Assembly: GCA_038874135.1 (NCBI GenBank)
Contig: JAVZCZ010000001.1
Coordinates: forward strand, 672,001 to 736,000
Direction: 5' to 3'
DNA from: Candidatus Woesearchaeota archaeon
Lineage (GTDB): Archaea > Nanobdellota > Nanobdellia > Woesearchaeales > 0-14-0-80-44-23
DNA length: 64,000 nucleotides
Of the stretch, positions 19,482 to 29,107 are shown in pieces (within the stretch, counting starts at the first letter, position 1; every line of letters starts with the position of its first letter). A program made the position numbers and the translations under genes. The notes beneath the pieces were generated by a model, which was given only the letters and a program-made list of their open reading frames with translations, did not search any database and was not told the DNA's origin.

Positions 19482-19871
19482 TTAGTAACAGTATGCTATC
19501 AGTCTTCCGCCCAGGTTCTGTTTCTTGGCTTCTTTATGAGTCTTTAACCCTCTGTTTGTGGATATTATGAGTATTCCGAAGTCCTGAGCGGGCAGGAACC
19601 TCTTCTCATACTTTTCATAATCTTCAATCTTGACTGAAAACCTTGGCTTTATTGCTCTGCACTCGTTTATGTTGCCAAGCAGGTTTATTTCTACAGATTT
19701 ACCTCTCTTGTTTTCTATTTCTGTAAAATCACCTATGTATTTGTTTTCTTTAAGTATCTTCAAAACTTCCTTTCCAAGTCTTGAAAAGGGCCTCACAGTA
19801 CACTTCTTCTTTCCAGCTTTTTCGTAACTGTTAATCTTGTCCAACATTACCGCGACAGTGTCATTCAGCAT
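19482..19871 (-). CDS. rps8: 30S ribosomal protein uS8
   Basis: INECRAIKPRF, EKRFLPAQDFGILIIST, GGRLIAYCY. Confidence 0.97.
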   Translation of the reverse strand: MLNDTVAVMLDKINSYEKAGKKKCTVRPFSRLGKEVLKILKENKYIGDFTEIENKRGKSVEINLLGNINECRAIKPRFSVKIEDYEKYEKRFLPAQDFGILIISTNRGLKTHKEAKKQNLGGRLIAYCY

Positions 19872-19880
19872 TTTTTCACC

Positions 19881-20111
19881 TTAATTGTATTTTTTGAATC
19901 CTATCTTAGTGCTTATCTCTCTGAAGCAGTGCCTGCACAGGTTCAGCCCATACTTGCTGATGTGACCTCCTGCTCTGCCACACCTTTCGCACTTATGCGT
20001 TGCTAGCCCGTGCTTTCTCTTTTTTGGGGCACTGAACTTCAGGAACCTCTCCTTCTTTACCGGCTTGTCCTTTATTTGTTTCAATATCTTTTTGTAGTAT
20101 GATACTGTCAT
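19881..20111 (-). CDS. rps14: 30S ribosomal protein uS14 (Zn type) with N-terminal extension
   Basis: CERCG...[13 protein letters not shown]...GFKKY. Confidence 0.94.
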   Translation of the reverse strand: MTVSYYKKILKQIKDKPVKKERFLKFSAPKKRKHGLATHKCERCGRAGGHISKYGLNLCRHCFREISTKIGFKKYN

Positions 20112-20121
20112 TTTTCTCTCC

Positions 20122-20646
20122 TCATTCAACAGTTGCCCCGTATTTTTCTTTCATAAATGCTATTGCTTCCTCCTTAGTTATCTTATGATGTTTTGAGATT
20201 TTCTTTTGCTTAATCTTTCTCCTCTTTATTCTGAAACCCCTTCGTTCAAGTGTAATGCACGCCTGAAGCCCCATCAACCCTATTTCCGGGTCATACTTAG
20301 TTCCCGGAATGCTTATGTATTCGTGAATTCCGAATGAGATGTTTCCTTCATTATCAAACTGACTGCTCTTCAATTTTCCATCCACCGCGTCCAGCAGCCT
20401 TTTAAGTATTGATTCAGCATCCTCCTTCCTCAGGGTTACCTTGCAGCCTATCGGAAGCCCAGGCCTGAGCCCCCAAGCAGGTAGCCTCTTATTAGTTACT
20501 GTTTTTATAGGAGTTTTTCCTGTTATCACGGATAGCAGTTTAACTGCCTTGTCCATCTTTTCAGGATTTTTTCCAACTCCAATGTTAAGAGTAACCTTTT
20601 CAATTATTATTTCCCGCATAGCGTTTTCCTGTTTCATTTCTTCCAC
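20122..20646 (-). CDS. rpl5: 50S ribosomal protein uL5
   Basis: [37 protein letters not shown]. Confidence 0.97.
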   Translation of the reverse strand: MEEMKQENAMREIIIEKVTLNIGVGKNPEKMDKAVKLLSVITGKTPIKTVTNKRLPAWGLRPGLPIGCKVTLRKEDAESILKRLLDAVDGKLKSSQFDNEGNISFGIHEYISIPGTKYDPEIGLMGLQACITLERRGFRIKRRKIKQKKISKHHKITKEEAIAFMKEKYGATVE

Positions 20647-20656
20647 TTTTGCTCTT

Positions 20657-21364
20657 TTATTGTGTTATTGTGATGAGCGGTTTTTCCTCGCCTATTACGA
20701 ATGCATACTCTGTTAGAGTTTCAAACTTTTGTCCATTGCTTTCTACGAGTATTCTGGTCTTCTGAATTGATTTCTCTCCAATTATCTCAACTATTCTTCC
20801 AAATTCTCCAGCGTGCTTTCCGTCTGTTATGAACACGAAAGAGCCCTTCTTAAGCGTTAGATGCTGCAATGGCTTTCCAGATGGGAGCTCAATCATTAGA
20901 CTGTCTCCAACATTGTATTCCTTATTCTCTGTTAAGAGATTTCTGCCGTCGTGAAGTGTAATCTGAATTTTTCCTCCCTTCACCATCTGTTTCCTTATTA
21001 TTTTGCAAGGTTTGATGTTCTCTTCAGATTTTGGAATCTTGATAAGCTCAAGTTTCCCTTTTGAGTTAAGCATCATCCTGAATGCCTCTCCGCTCTTCAG
21101 ATTTTTAAGCACATCCATCAAGCCTACAGGGAACTTAAGGTCTTTTCTCACCTTTCCATCAATTGTAATCCAACCATTTCCAAGTATTGATTTTACCTCT
21201 TTGGAAGTGTGCGCATAATTTAGCATCTCCTTCAATACTGAGTTCAACGCGATTCCATATTCCAATGAGTGAGGGCCCGGATTCGGCTTTGTTACAAACT
21301 TGGAGCCCTTTCTTTCCAGCGGCCATGTGCTGGGCATTGCCATTCTTTTGAGGTGTTTGCTCAT
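20657..21364 (-). CDS. rps4e: 30S ribosomal protein S4e
   Basis: KHLKRMAMPSTW, PGPH, FPVGLMDV, HDGRN. Confidence 0.97.
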   Translation of the reverse strand: MSKHLKRMAMPSTWPLERKGSKFVTKPNPGPHSLEYGIALNSVLKEMLNYAHTSKEVKSILGNGWITIDGKVRKDLKFPVGLMDVLKNLKSGEAFRMMLNSKGKLELIKIPKSEENIKPCKIIRKQMVKGGKIQITLHDGRNLLTENKEYNVGDSLMIELPSGKPLQHLTLKKGSFVFITDGKHAGEFGRIVEIIGEKSIQKTRILVESNGQKFETLTEYAFVIGEEKPLITITQ

Positions 21365-21738
21365 TTTTTCATTGCCTCTGCTCTTTTCTTGTCATTTAGG
21401 TTTAGTTCAATTATCATAAGGTTGGATGGGTGTATTGCAATTTTCACCTTTGTTCCATCTTTCCTTATCATCTCCACTCCGCTTATTCTGACTTTTCCAG
21501 ATTTAAGCTCAATTGACTCTACTGTTCCAGTTCTTCCCCTCATGCTCCCTCTCAGCACCTTTACCCTGTCGCCCTTTCTCAGCTGAACATTTCTCCTTCC
21601 ATATTTTTCCCTCAGCTCTTTTGAAAGGTGAGCAGAGATCATTCTGCGCTTTATGTGAAGTGGAGCATTCTTAACATATTTTCTCTGCTTTCTCGGCTGA
21701 ACGCTTGCCTTCCAGCTCGGTGAAAATTTGCTTCTCAT
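21361..21738 (-). CDS. rpl24: 50S ribosomal protein uL24
   Basis: QPRKQRKY...APLH, LSKELREKYG, KGDRVKVLRG. Confidence 0.97.
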   Translation of the reverse strand: MRSKFSPSWKASVQPRKQRKYVKNAPLHIKRRMISAHLSKELREKYGRRNVQLRKGDRVKVLRGSMRGRTGTVESIELKSGKVRISGVEMIRKDGTKVKIAIHPSNLMIIELNLNDKKRAEAMKK

Positions 21739-21748
21739 TTTTCTCTCC

Positions 21749-22150
21749 TTAAACTATTATGTTTGCGATTTTGGCTATTGCAGGCCATCTCTCGCACACT
21801 TCTTTGGCAATTGCACCCTTAAATATGGTTCCCTTAGGATTTCCTTTGTCATCTTTAAGCACTACTGCAGCGTTGTCTTCAAATTGTATTCTTTCCCCAT
21901 TAGCCCGTCTGAAAGGCTTCTTCTGCCTAACAATTACTGCGTAGACAACCTGCTTTCTCATTTCAGGCTTTCCCTTTTTTATTGAAGCTAATACCAAGTC
22001 GCCTATGGCGGCTTCTGATTTTCTGCCAAGCACAGTTTTGGAGCCTATCACGCTGATTATGTGTATGAGCTTGGCTCCGGAATTGTCGCACACTGGCACG
22101 TGCGACATCACATTCAGGGATCTTGTTAGGCGAGCTTTAACTGCTTTCAT
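21749..22150 (-). CDS. rpl14: 50S ribosomal protein uL14
   Basis: DNSGAK, FEDNAAV, PKGTIFKGAIAKEV. Confidence 0.97.
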   Translation of the reverse strand: MKAVKARLTRSLNVMSHVPVCDNSGAKLIHIISVIGSKTVLGRKSEAAIGDLVLASIKKGKPEMRKQVVYAVIVRQKKPFRRANGERIQFEDNAAVVLKDDKGNPKGTIFKGAIAKEVCERWPAIAKIANIIV

Positions 22151-22565
22151 TTTCCTCTACCTTCTTTTCAGATTCCTTCTTCTTTTCAATTGAAGCGTAA
22201 TCCCTTTCCTGGATGTCTTCCTTATGGCCAACCTTCTCAATTACTACAAAGTTTTTTATCTTGCTTATAGGTCTTGTTTCAATTATCTTTACAATGTCCC
22301 CCTTAGCAGCATCTATGCATTCGGGGTTGTGAGCATGAATCACAGTTCTATCCTTCCCGTATCTTTCATACTTTTTGAAGTAAACTTGCCTCTGCATTTC
22401 AACGGTCACTGTTTTCTGGGCTTTATCACTTATTACTACTCCAGTGAATATTCTGCCGTGTGTCTTTATGCTTCCGTGGAATGGACAATTCTTATCGTGG
22501 CACACCTTTGTGGGTGCCTTTACATCCAATCCTATATTTCTTGCTTTGCTTTTCATGACAATCAC
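22137..22565 (-). CDS. rps17: 30S ribosomal protein uS17
   Basis: CHDKNCPFHG, KYERY, ETRPISKIK. Confidence 0.96.
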   Translation of the reverse strand: MIVMKSKARNIGLDVKAPTKVCHDKNCPFHGSIKTHGRIFTGVVISDKAQKTVTVEMQRQVYFKKYERYGKDRTVIHAHNPECIDAAKGDIVKIIETRPISKIKNFVVIEKVGHKEDIQERDYASIEKKKESEKKVEENESS

Positions 22566-22822
22566 TCTGTCTTCATTCCAACCCTGTCTTCAGGTCTTTT
22601 GTTTATCTCTTCACCTTTGACTTGAATTTTTTTTCCTTCAATTTCAAATTCAAACACGCATTGTTTTTTGATTACTTTCTTATTGCCCTTCTCAGTGAGT
22701 ATCGTGAATGTGTTTTTTGTTTCATCCTTAACGATTCCGCACATTCCTTTAACGGATTTGTTTTTTGAAGCTGTTATCGTGACGCGCTTTCCTATCAGTA
22801 GGGCGCGTCTTGCTTCCATCAC
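22562..22822 (-). CDS. rnp1: Ribonuclease P protein subunit Rpp29 (Pop4)
   Basis: LIGKRVTI, GIVKDETKNT, RPEDR; conserved position before uS17. Confidence 0.9.
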   Translation of the reverse strand: MMEARRALLIGKRVTITASKNKSVKGMCGIVKDETKNTFTILTEKGNKKVIKKQCVFEFEIEGKKIQVKGEEINKRPEDRVGMKTE

Positions 22823-23124
22823 TTCACCTCTATTTGGCTTTCTGCAAATCCGAACTTCACAAGCACTTCTTTGACTTTGTGCCTGTGATCGCCTTGAAGC
22901 TCAATCCTTCCCTCCTTATCTGTGCCCCCGCAGGCGAGTTCTGACTTGAGGGTTTTCATGAGCTTCTTTATGTCAATCTCTTTCTGGTCTATGCCTGTTA
23001 TTACAGTGTAGTTTTTGCCAAATTTTTTGTTTTCAAGGTAAACCTTGATTCTCTGCGTCTCCTTCGCTATTGTTTCACAGACGCAGAGCTCCTTTGGCAA
23101 ACCGCACTTTGGGCAAATGTTCAT
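22819..23124 (-). CDS. Translation initiation factor aIF1 (SUI1/YciH)
   Basis: CPKCGLPKELCVCE, LACGGT, IELQGDH. Confidence 0.95.
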   Translation of the reverse strand: MNICPKCGLPKELCVCETIAKETQRIKVYLENKKFGKNYTVITGIDQKEIDIKKLMKTLKSELACGGTDKEGRIELQGDHRHKVKEVLVKFGFAESQIEVK

Positions 23125-23348
23125 TCTTTTTTGTTTTCCTCCTTCCTTTCTTTTTCTTTGAGGATTGTGAGTATTTTCGCTATTGTTTTTCTTATGACTC
23201 TTATCTGTGAAGAGTTCTTCGGGGCGCTGCCTGTTTTTGCCTGGGCATTTAGTTTCATAAGCTCTTTTCTCAATTCTAATAATTTTGAGTTTAGCTCTTT
23301 TTCACTCATCTCTCTAAGCTGCTTTGTTTTTACAGCCATGTTGCTCAC
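23121..23348 (-). CDS. rpl29: 50S ribosomal protein uL29
   Basis: LREMSEKEL...IRKTIAKILTIL. Confidence 0.92.
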   Translation of the reverse strand: MSNMAVKTKQLREMSEKELNSKLLELRKELMKLNAQAKTGSAPKNSSQIRVIRKTIAKILTILKEKERKEENKKE

Positions 23349-24097
23349 TCTTCAGCACCTTTTTTGTTGCCCTTTTTCTCTGATTTCCTCTGCCTTTTGG
23401 GCTTTTCAGCTGGTTTTTCTTCCTGCTTTTTTGAGGATTCTTCACTTGATTTGGATTCTTGCTGTTTGATTTCGCTTGTTGTATCTTGGGCACTTTCACC
23501 TTCTTCTTTAACTTTCATATTGTCGGGCAATACAACGCCAGGAGGCATTATGCTGACCTTTATGCCTACTGTTCCCGTCTTAAGCTCAGCTCTGTTTACT
23601 GCTCTCCTGACATTTTCTATGCTTATGTTTCCGCACTTTTTTAAATATCCACTATAAACTCTCCAGCTCTTTGCTCTACTGCTGGGAATCTTGCCTGAAA
23701 CTACGATCTCAACACCCATTGCCCCAGCATTCATTACGTCCTCCATTGACTTGTGCATTATGCCCTTAAACCTGTTTATGCCGTATCTCTCCAGCGAAGT
23801 TGCTATCTTCTCGGCAACTATCTTTGGATCGAGATTAACATTTTCAACTTCGCTTATTTCAATCTGTGGATTTTCCAATCCAAACCTCTTTTTTAAACTC
23901 TTGGTGAGTTTTCTTATGCTTTCTCCACTTCTTCCAACCACAAGTCCGGGCCTGGAAGTGTATATGATTATCTTTTCTCCAAGAGGAGTTCTCTGGACCC
24001 TGACCTGGCTGATTCCAGCCCTATTCAAGTTTTTCTCTACAAATTCTTCTATTTCAAATTCCTTAACATGCTGTGCCACGAAGTTTCTCTCAATCAT
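23345..24097 (-). CDS. rps3: 30S ribosomal protein uS3
   Basis: RTPLGEKIIIYTSRPGLVVGR, GAMGVEIVVSGK. Confidence 0.97.
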   Translation of the reverse strand: MIERNFVAQHVKEFEIEEFVEKNLNRAGISQVRVQRTPLGEKIIIYTSRPGLVVGRSGESIRKLTKSLKKRFGLENPQIEISEVENVNLDPKIVAEKIATSLERYGINRFKGIMHKSMEDVMNAGAMGVEIVVSGKIPSSRAKSWRVYSGYLKKCGNISIENVRRAVNRAELKTGTVGIKVSIMPPGVVLPDNMKVKEEGESAQDTTSEIKQQESKSSEESSKKQEEKPAEKPKRQRKSEKKGNKKGAEE

Positions 24098-24555
24098 TTA
24101 CTTCCCTCTTTGGATTTTTTCTCTCTCTTTGTTTCTTCCAGCGTGATTTCAACATGAGTGTTCTTTCCAGTTCTTCCCCTCTTACGGCCGTATTTGTGTA
24201 TTATCGCGGCCTTTTTTGCAATGATGCTTCTTACCTTCAAGGAGGCGGTGTCTAGTCCTGCAAACTGTGCATTCTTCTCTGCGCTCTCCAGCAGCTTCAG
24301 TATTTCTGAAGCGGCTTTTACAGGATATCTTCCTGAGCTCATTCCAGTCTTGTGAGCTATGTCTCTCTTTCTCTTCTTGAAAGGAACTGCTTGCCTCTTT
24401 TCAATAACTGCGAGGAGTATTGATTTTGCCCTCTGAAGGCTCTTGCCTCTTATCATTGAAGCTATCTCTACAGCGTGTTTAGTGGATATTCTAAGTGAGG
24501 TTCCGTACGCTCTAGCCATGTGTTCCTTGTTATAATCTTTAAAAGCGTATTCCAT
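24094..24555 (-). CDS. rpl22: 50S ribosomal protein uL22
   Basis: ISTKHAVEI, GRYPVKAA, THVEI. Confidence 0.96.
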   Translation of the reverse strand: MEYAFKDYNKEHMARAYGTSLRISTKHAVEIASMIRGKSLQRAKSILLAVIEKRQAVPFKKRKRDIAHKTGMSSGRYPVKAASEILKLLESAEKNAQFAGLDTASLKVRSIIAKKAAIIHKYGRKRGRTGKNTHVEITLEETKREKKSKEGSK

Positions 24556-24561
24556 TTTAGT

Positions 24562-24945
24562 TTACCTCACTGAGAGGGCGGCACTTGACTTTGTTGCCCC
24601 AATTCCCGGAGCGTGGTGCGTGACCTTCTTTCTCGTCATTGCAAACTCTCCTAAGCGGTGACCTATCATCTCAGGCACGATTTGGGTCTCCACAAATTCT
24701 TTACCATTATGTATCAATATTGTTCTTCCAACCATTGATGGAAGCACTATCATATCCCTACAGTGCGTTCTTATCCGCTGTTTTCCCTTAGCTATCTTTT
24801 CTAATAGCTTCTTTTCAGCATCAGTAAATCCTCTTTTGATTTTTCTCCTCTCTCTAGCAGGGACTAGCGTCATGAACTCTTCCAAGCTCATCCTGTTGAG
24901 CTCATCCAATGTTCTTCCCCTGTAAGTGAACTCCTTCTTAACCAT
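24562..24945 (-). CDS. rps19: 30S ribosomal protein uS19
   Basis: [22 protein letters not shown]. Confidence 0.97.
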   Translation of the reverse strand: MVKKEFTYRGRTLDELNRMSLEEFMTLVPARERRKIKRGFTDAEKKLLEKIAKGKQRIRTHCRDMIVLPSMVGRTILIHNGKEFVETQIVPEMIGHRLGEFAMTRKKVTHHAPGIGATKSSAALSVR

Positions 24946-24947
24946 TT

Positions 24948-25652
24948 TTACTTCCTCTTTCCAGTTCTAGCAGGCCTTATCTTTCCAACCTTTCTTCCCG
25001 GAGGCGCATTCTTGGGTGCTATTGTAGGTCTTCCTTTATGGTGAGAGCTTGATCCTCCGAATGGATGTTGTACAGCGTTCATTGATACTCCGTGTATTCT
25101 TGGATATCTCTTGTTTCTAGCGTGCATCTTATGATATCTCTTTCCGGCTTTTAGGAATGGCTTGGCATTTTTTCCAGAGCCAGCTGCCGTGCCTATTGTT
25201 GCCAGGCAGTTTCCATTCAGGACTTTCTCTTTTTTTGAAGGAAGCTGAACTGCAATCCCGCCTTCAACCTTGCCCAGCACTCTGGCAACTGCGCCTGCGC
25301 CCCTTACGAGTTTTCCGCCGTCTCCGGGAACTAGTTCTATGTTAAAAACTTCAGTTCCTGGAGGAATGTCTTGTAGTAGCATTACATTTCCTGTTTTTAC
25401 TTCAGTGCTCATCATTTCAAAAGTGTCGCCCTTTTTTATCCCGTTCGCAGCCGGTATCAGCGCCCTTTTTCCATCATTGTACTCAATTACAGCCAGAGGA
25501 GCGTCGTGCCCAGTGCTGTGTATTATCTCTTTTATTGTGAATGTTGCCGGTGAATGTCTCTCATATGAGCATCTTCCAGCATACCTAAAACTTGGAGCTA
25601 AGTATCTTGAAGTTCCCTTTCCTCTCTTTTGTGAAATAAGGTTTTTTCCCAT
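24948..25652 (-). CDS. rpl2: 50S ribosomal protein uL2
   Basis: [32 protein letters not shown]. Confidence 0.97.
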   Translation of the reverse strand: MGKNLISQKRGKGTSRYLAPSFRYAGRCSYERHSPATFTIKEIIHSTGHDAPLAVIEYNDGKRALIPAANGIKKGDTFEMMSTEVKTGNVMLLQDIPPGTEVFNIELVPGDGGKLVRGAGAVARVLGKVEGGIAVQLPSKKEKVLNGNCLATIGTAAGSGKNAKPFLKAGKRYHKMHARNKRYPRIHGVSMNAVQHPFGGSSSHHKGRPTIAPKNAPPGRKVGKIRPARTGKRK

Positions 25653-25913
25653 TTACATCAGTCCCAGTTGAGTTGCTATGTCAATCGCCGGATTCTCTTT
25701 GCTCAGCTTGACATATGCCTTTTTAGCGCCTTTCATATCATTCACTATTCTTACTTCTTCCACCTTTACATTAAACATTTGTTCAACTGCCTTTTTTACA
25801 TCAGCCTTTCTAGCAGCTTTATCAACTATGAAAGTAAGCTTGTTTTCTGACTCTATCATTCTTATTGTTTTTTCATTTGAAACTGGATATTTTAGGATTT
25901 TTGAAGCGTCCAT
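25653..25913 (-). CDS. rpl23: 50S ribosomal protein uL23
   Basis: ENKLTFIVD, KKAYVKL. Confidence 0.96.
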   Translation of the reverse strand: MDASKILKYPVSNEKTIRMIESENKLTFIVDKAARKADVKKAVEQMFNVKVEEVRIVNDMKGAKKAYVKLSKENPAIDIATQLGLM

Positions 25914-25919
25914 TTTTCT

Positions 25920-26723
25920 TCACTCAAAAAGATTTTTCTTTTCAATCGTTTCAACTGCTCTCCTGCTAAATATGGTGAGCCTTCCAGGAACTCCTCCGGG
26001 AGCCAAATCCTCTGCATTTATCTCATCTACTCTCTTTACATCTAGAGGAAGATTTTCAGCAGCTTTGATTAGAGGGCACTCCTTTGATACTACTATGAGT
26101 ATTCCCCTATTTCTTACAAATCGCCTTCCCCTGCTCTTTCCCCTTCCAGCTCTTATTCTGACTTTTGAATTTCTCTTCATCTCCTCTTCCAGCCCTAATG
26201 ACTTCAACACTTTTAGTACTTCTCTTGTCTTGTTTAAATCTTCAATTTCATCAGATACTATAAAGGGGTAGTTTTCCGGTGCGATGTGACCTCTTTCTAT
26301 TACCAGCTCTTTCTTCATTGTGGCTGAGAGAGCACTCCTTATCGCCTTCTTTCTCTCTTTCTTATTTATCTTCTGCTCCCACACTTTGGAGCTCTTTGGA
26401 GGATGAGCCCTTCTTCCTCCGACTGTGCCGGGAGCAACTGCTGCTACCCAGTAGAAGCTAGAACCGCTGTGGCTCAGCGTCTTTCTCGGAACTCTGGATA
26501 TTCCCTTTCCGTAGCTGCCCTTATAGTTTCTTCTCCTTCTTGACAGTTTGGCAGAAGGTCTCATTCCAGAGTCCTCTTCCGCTCCATACGCCTGTCTTCT
26601 TATGCTCTCTATTGCGAGAACTGCCCTTTGTATTAGGTCCTTTCTCACTTCTTCTTCAAACTGGCTGGGCAGCTTTTCCTTTCCAACGCTCTTCCCGTGA
26701 ATGTCTAATATGTTAACCTGCAT
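25920..26723 (-). CDS. rpl4: 50S ribosomal protein uL4
   Basis: GRRAHPPK, INKKER, LAPGGVPGRLT. Confidence 0.97.
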   Translation of the reverse strand: MQVNILDIHGKSVGKEKLPSQFEEEVRKDLIQRAVLAIESIRRQAYGAEEDSGMRPSAKLSRRRRNYKGSYGKGISRVPRKTLSHSGSSFYWVAAVAPGTVGGRRAHPPKSSKVWEQKINKKERKKAIRSALSATMKKELVIERGHIAPENYPFIVSDEIEDLNKTREVLKVLKSLGLEEEMKRNSKVRIRAGRGKSRGRRFVRNRGILIVVSKECPLIKAAENLPLDVKRVDEINAEDLAPGGVPGRLTIFSRRAVETIEKKNLFE

Positions 26724-26727
26724 GTTC

Positions 26728-27705
26728 TCACTTCTGGATTATGCCTCTAAACTCATATGCGCCTTCGGGCATTTTCTTGTTCTCTCTCACTGGCAAATTA
26801 AATCTTATAAGCCTCTTAGGGCTTCCAGCTACAGAGCCTTTAATTATTACATAGCTGTTCTTTACAATCCCGTAGTGCGGGAATCCTGATTTTAGGTTTA
26901 TGTTATCATTTCCAATCTTGAGTAACAGCTTGTTGTATTCCGTTCTGAGCTGATAGCCCATCTGTCCAGCATGGGCAACCCTGTACATTATGTGAGCCTG
27001 AGAGCACCAGTCGGCAAGGCTTCCAGGACCCCTCTTAGTTTTTTCTGACTTGTGCGACCTTATTGCAACTCCAAATCTGCGCACGGGTCCCTGAATCCCT
27101 TTGCCTTTTGTGACTGCGTGAACGTCCAAGTTTTGTCCATCTGAGAATACCTCATTTACTAATATGTCTTTTCCAATCTTTGATTTTAAGTATGAGAGCT
27201 TTTCAGCAAGACTTCCGCCAAGTGCGACTTCGAACACTTCAGGCTTTTTCTTTCCAATTCCAGTGAGGGACGGCTTGGTATAAACTACTGCTCTTATATC
27301 AGTGAATTCATCCAACTTTGATTCAAGCTGAGCGAGCTTCTTTTCGTATGACTCTTTCGGAATCGTCAAGCGCCTTGCCAAGTCTTTATCATTTGCAACC
27401 AGCACTTCTTCAGCCACAGAGAGCTTTCCATTCTTATTCCTGTAAAATCTTATTGCGGCAAGCCGTAAGGGTGGGCATTCTATTATTGTGGCAGGCACCA
27501 CTATTTCCTCTCCCTTTGTCATGGAAGTTGGATAATTATCCAGGAGAACTACTTGGACCATTCCCACCTTGTACCCTGCAAATCCCAAGAGCTTTGCCTC
27601 TTTAACATTGGCAGGGTATCTTCTAACTCGCGCGTAGGGCTTGCTCGCCCTCTTCCTAGGCCAAAACTGCATTGAACCCTTATGTGGGCTTCTCTTTGTA
27701 GGCAT
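26728..27705 (-). CDS. rpl3: 50S ribosomal protein uL3
   Basis: GSMQFWPRKRA, GFAGYKVGM, TKGKGIQGPVRRFG, AGQMGYQLRTEYNK. Confidence 0.98.
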   Translation of the reverse strand: MPTKRSPHKGSMQFWPRKRASKPYARVRRYPANVKEAKLLGFAGYKVGMVQVVLLDNYPTSMTKGEEIVVPATIIECPPLRLAAIRFYRNKNGKLSVAEEVLVANDKDLARRLTIPKESYEKKLAQLESKLDEFTDIRAVVYTKPSLTGIGKKKPEVFEVALGGSLAEKLSYLKSKIGKDILVNEVFSDGQNLDVHAVTKGKGIQGPVRRFGVAIRSHKSEKTKRGPGSLADWCSQAHIMYRVAHAGQMGYQLRTEYNKLLLKIGNDNINLKSGFPHYGIVKNSYVIIKGSVAGSPKRLIRFNLPVRENKKMPEGAYEFRGIIQK

Positions 27706-27725
27706 TTTTCTTAACCTTTTTGTAT

Positions 27726-27833
27726 CAACGCCTTCAGAAAGAACACTCTTTAGATCTGCTTAAAATTCTGTACTGAAAGAGTTCCTCTTTCAGGCGTCGT
27801 GAATGAAGATGGGAAAAAGGGGGTATTTATAAA
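27726..27833 (-). promoter_or_regulatory. Promoter (TTTATAAATA, 27824-27833) and structured 5' leader of the uL3 operon
   Basis: Perfect 9-bp hairpin CTGAAAGAG-GAA-CTCTTTCAG (27773-27793) and an outer stem, CGACGCCT (27792-27799) pairing with AGGCGTTG (27726-27733). Confidence 0.6.
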
Positions 27834-27911
27834 GCTTTCTGTATTTTAGGGCAAATTAAATAAAGTTCATATGCAACTATAAAATCTCCATAGCCAAAAA
27901 GTGATGTTCAA

Positions 27912-29099
27912 ATGGATAATAAAGAAATCTCGCCAGAAGTTATTCTGAATTTCTTCTCTGTTTCAGACGATGGGCTTGCAAGGATTTCTGCCAGTGAGAT
28001 ATTTGAAAATACGGGAGCAGAAGCATCTGTTGAAGGCTGCATCTCATTTTTTAAAACCAACTACGGCTCAGCACTTAAATTCTGCTACTCGGCTCAATCA
28101 ATTAGGAGATGCTGCATCTTGCTCAGTAGGTTTGAAGTTTCAGAAAGGCTGGAAGAGGCATCTCGTCAGATAGAACAGGCGCTTAGAAGTGTGGATTTCA
28201 GCTTTCTAGCAAACAAGAGCTTCATGGTGGAATGTGAAAGGATTGGCGCTCAGGAGTATCACAGCGTGGACATAGCTAAAGAGATTGCACATTCAATTCA
28301 GCTTTTAACGCATTGCAGGATTGATTTCAGGAATCCAGAGTACAGGCTTTATGCTATAGTGCAGAGAGACCTCTGCGTTCTCGGAATTGATTTAGGAGGA
28401 ATTGATCTGAGTAGGCGTGACTACAGAATCTTTAATCATCCGGGCTCTTTAAAGGGAACTATCGCTTACGCGATGTTCAGAAGCGGCTTAGAAGCATGTG
28501 CCAATACTGAGAAGCTAAGCGTAGCAAACATTTTTTGTAAGTCTGGAGAACTGGCGATAGAAACCGCACTTTTCCTGTCCAGAACCTCGCCAAATTTTTT
28601 CCGTAAGGACTCCCTCGCTTTTTGGCAATATTTTGGACTGGATAGGAAACAAGTTCAGAAGATAATTGAAGATGCGGATTCTAAAATAGGGAATTCTGCC
28701 GATTTTGAGATTTTCGCTTCAGATTCTGAGATGAGACACATATCTATGGCTAGAAAGAATGCGAGAATTGCGGGTGTTGAAAGGTTCATCTCTTTCAGCC
28801 GAAACGATTTAGAATGGCTATTCTTGAAGTTTGGGAGAAGCTCTCTTGACCTCATCATCTCAGACCTCGGTGCGGGTAAGCATTCCGACTTTCAGGCAAT
28901 CCTTAATGCCTTTTTTAAGCAGGCAAACATAATCTTAGAACCTGAAGGTGCGCTTTGCATCTCACTCAGAGATTTTGAAGCATTAGAAAATACTGCTCCA
29001 AAATTTGGTTTTAATATTGTTCAGCACCTAACCTGCTTTCAGGGTCAGCAGAGAATTGATTTTTATATCTTGAAGAGGGCCAGCACTACATTATCCTGA
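27912..29099 (+). CDS. THUMP-domain RNA methyltransferase-like protein (Trm14/RlmL family) with degenerate motifs
   Basis: THUMP (SFMVECERIG...IDFRNPE), GIDLGGIDLSRRDYRIFNHPGSLKGTIA, ARKNARIAGV. Confidence 0.8.
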   Translation: MDNKEISPEVILNFFSVSDDGLARISASEIFENTGAEASVEGCISFFKTNYGSALKFCYSAQSIRRCCILLSRFEVSERLEEASRQIEQALRSVDFSFLANKSFMVECERIGAQEYHSVDIAKEIAHSIQLLTHCRIDFRNPEYRLYAIVQRDLCVLGIDLGGIDLSRRDYRIFNHPGSLKGTIAYAMFRSGLEACANTEKLSVANIFCKSGELAIETALFLSRTSPNFFRKDSLAFWQYFGLDRKQVQKIIEDADSKIGNSADFEIFASDSEMRHISMARKNARIAGVERFISFSRNDLEWLFLKFGRSSLDLIISDLGAGKHSDFQAILNAFFKQANIILEPEGALCISLRDFEALENTAPKFGFNIVQHLTCFQGQQRIDFYILKRASTTLS

Positions 29100-29107
29100 A
29101 ATATTTC

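Noticed and set aside
13000-27700. Plus-strand ORFs opposite the ribosomal protein genes (up to 197 aa)
   Set aside because: Antisense shadows of well-supported genes.
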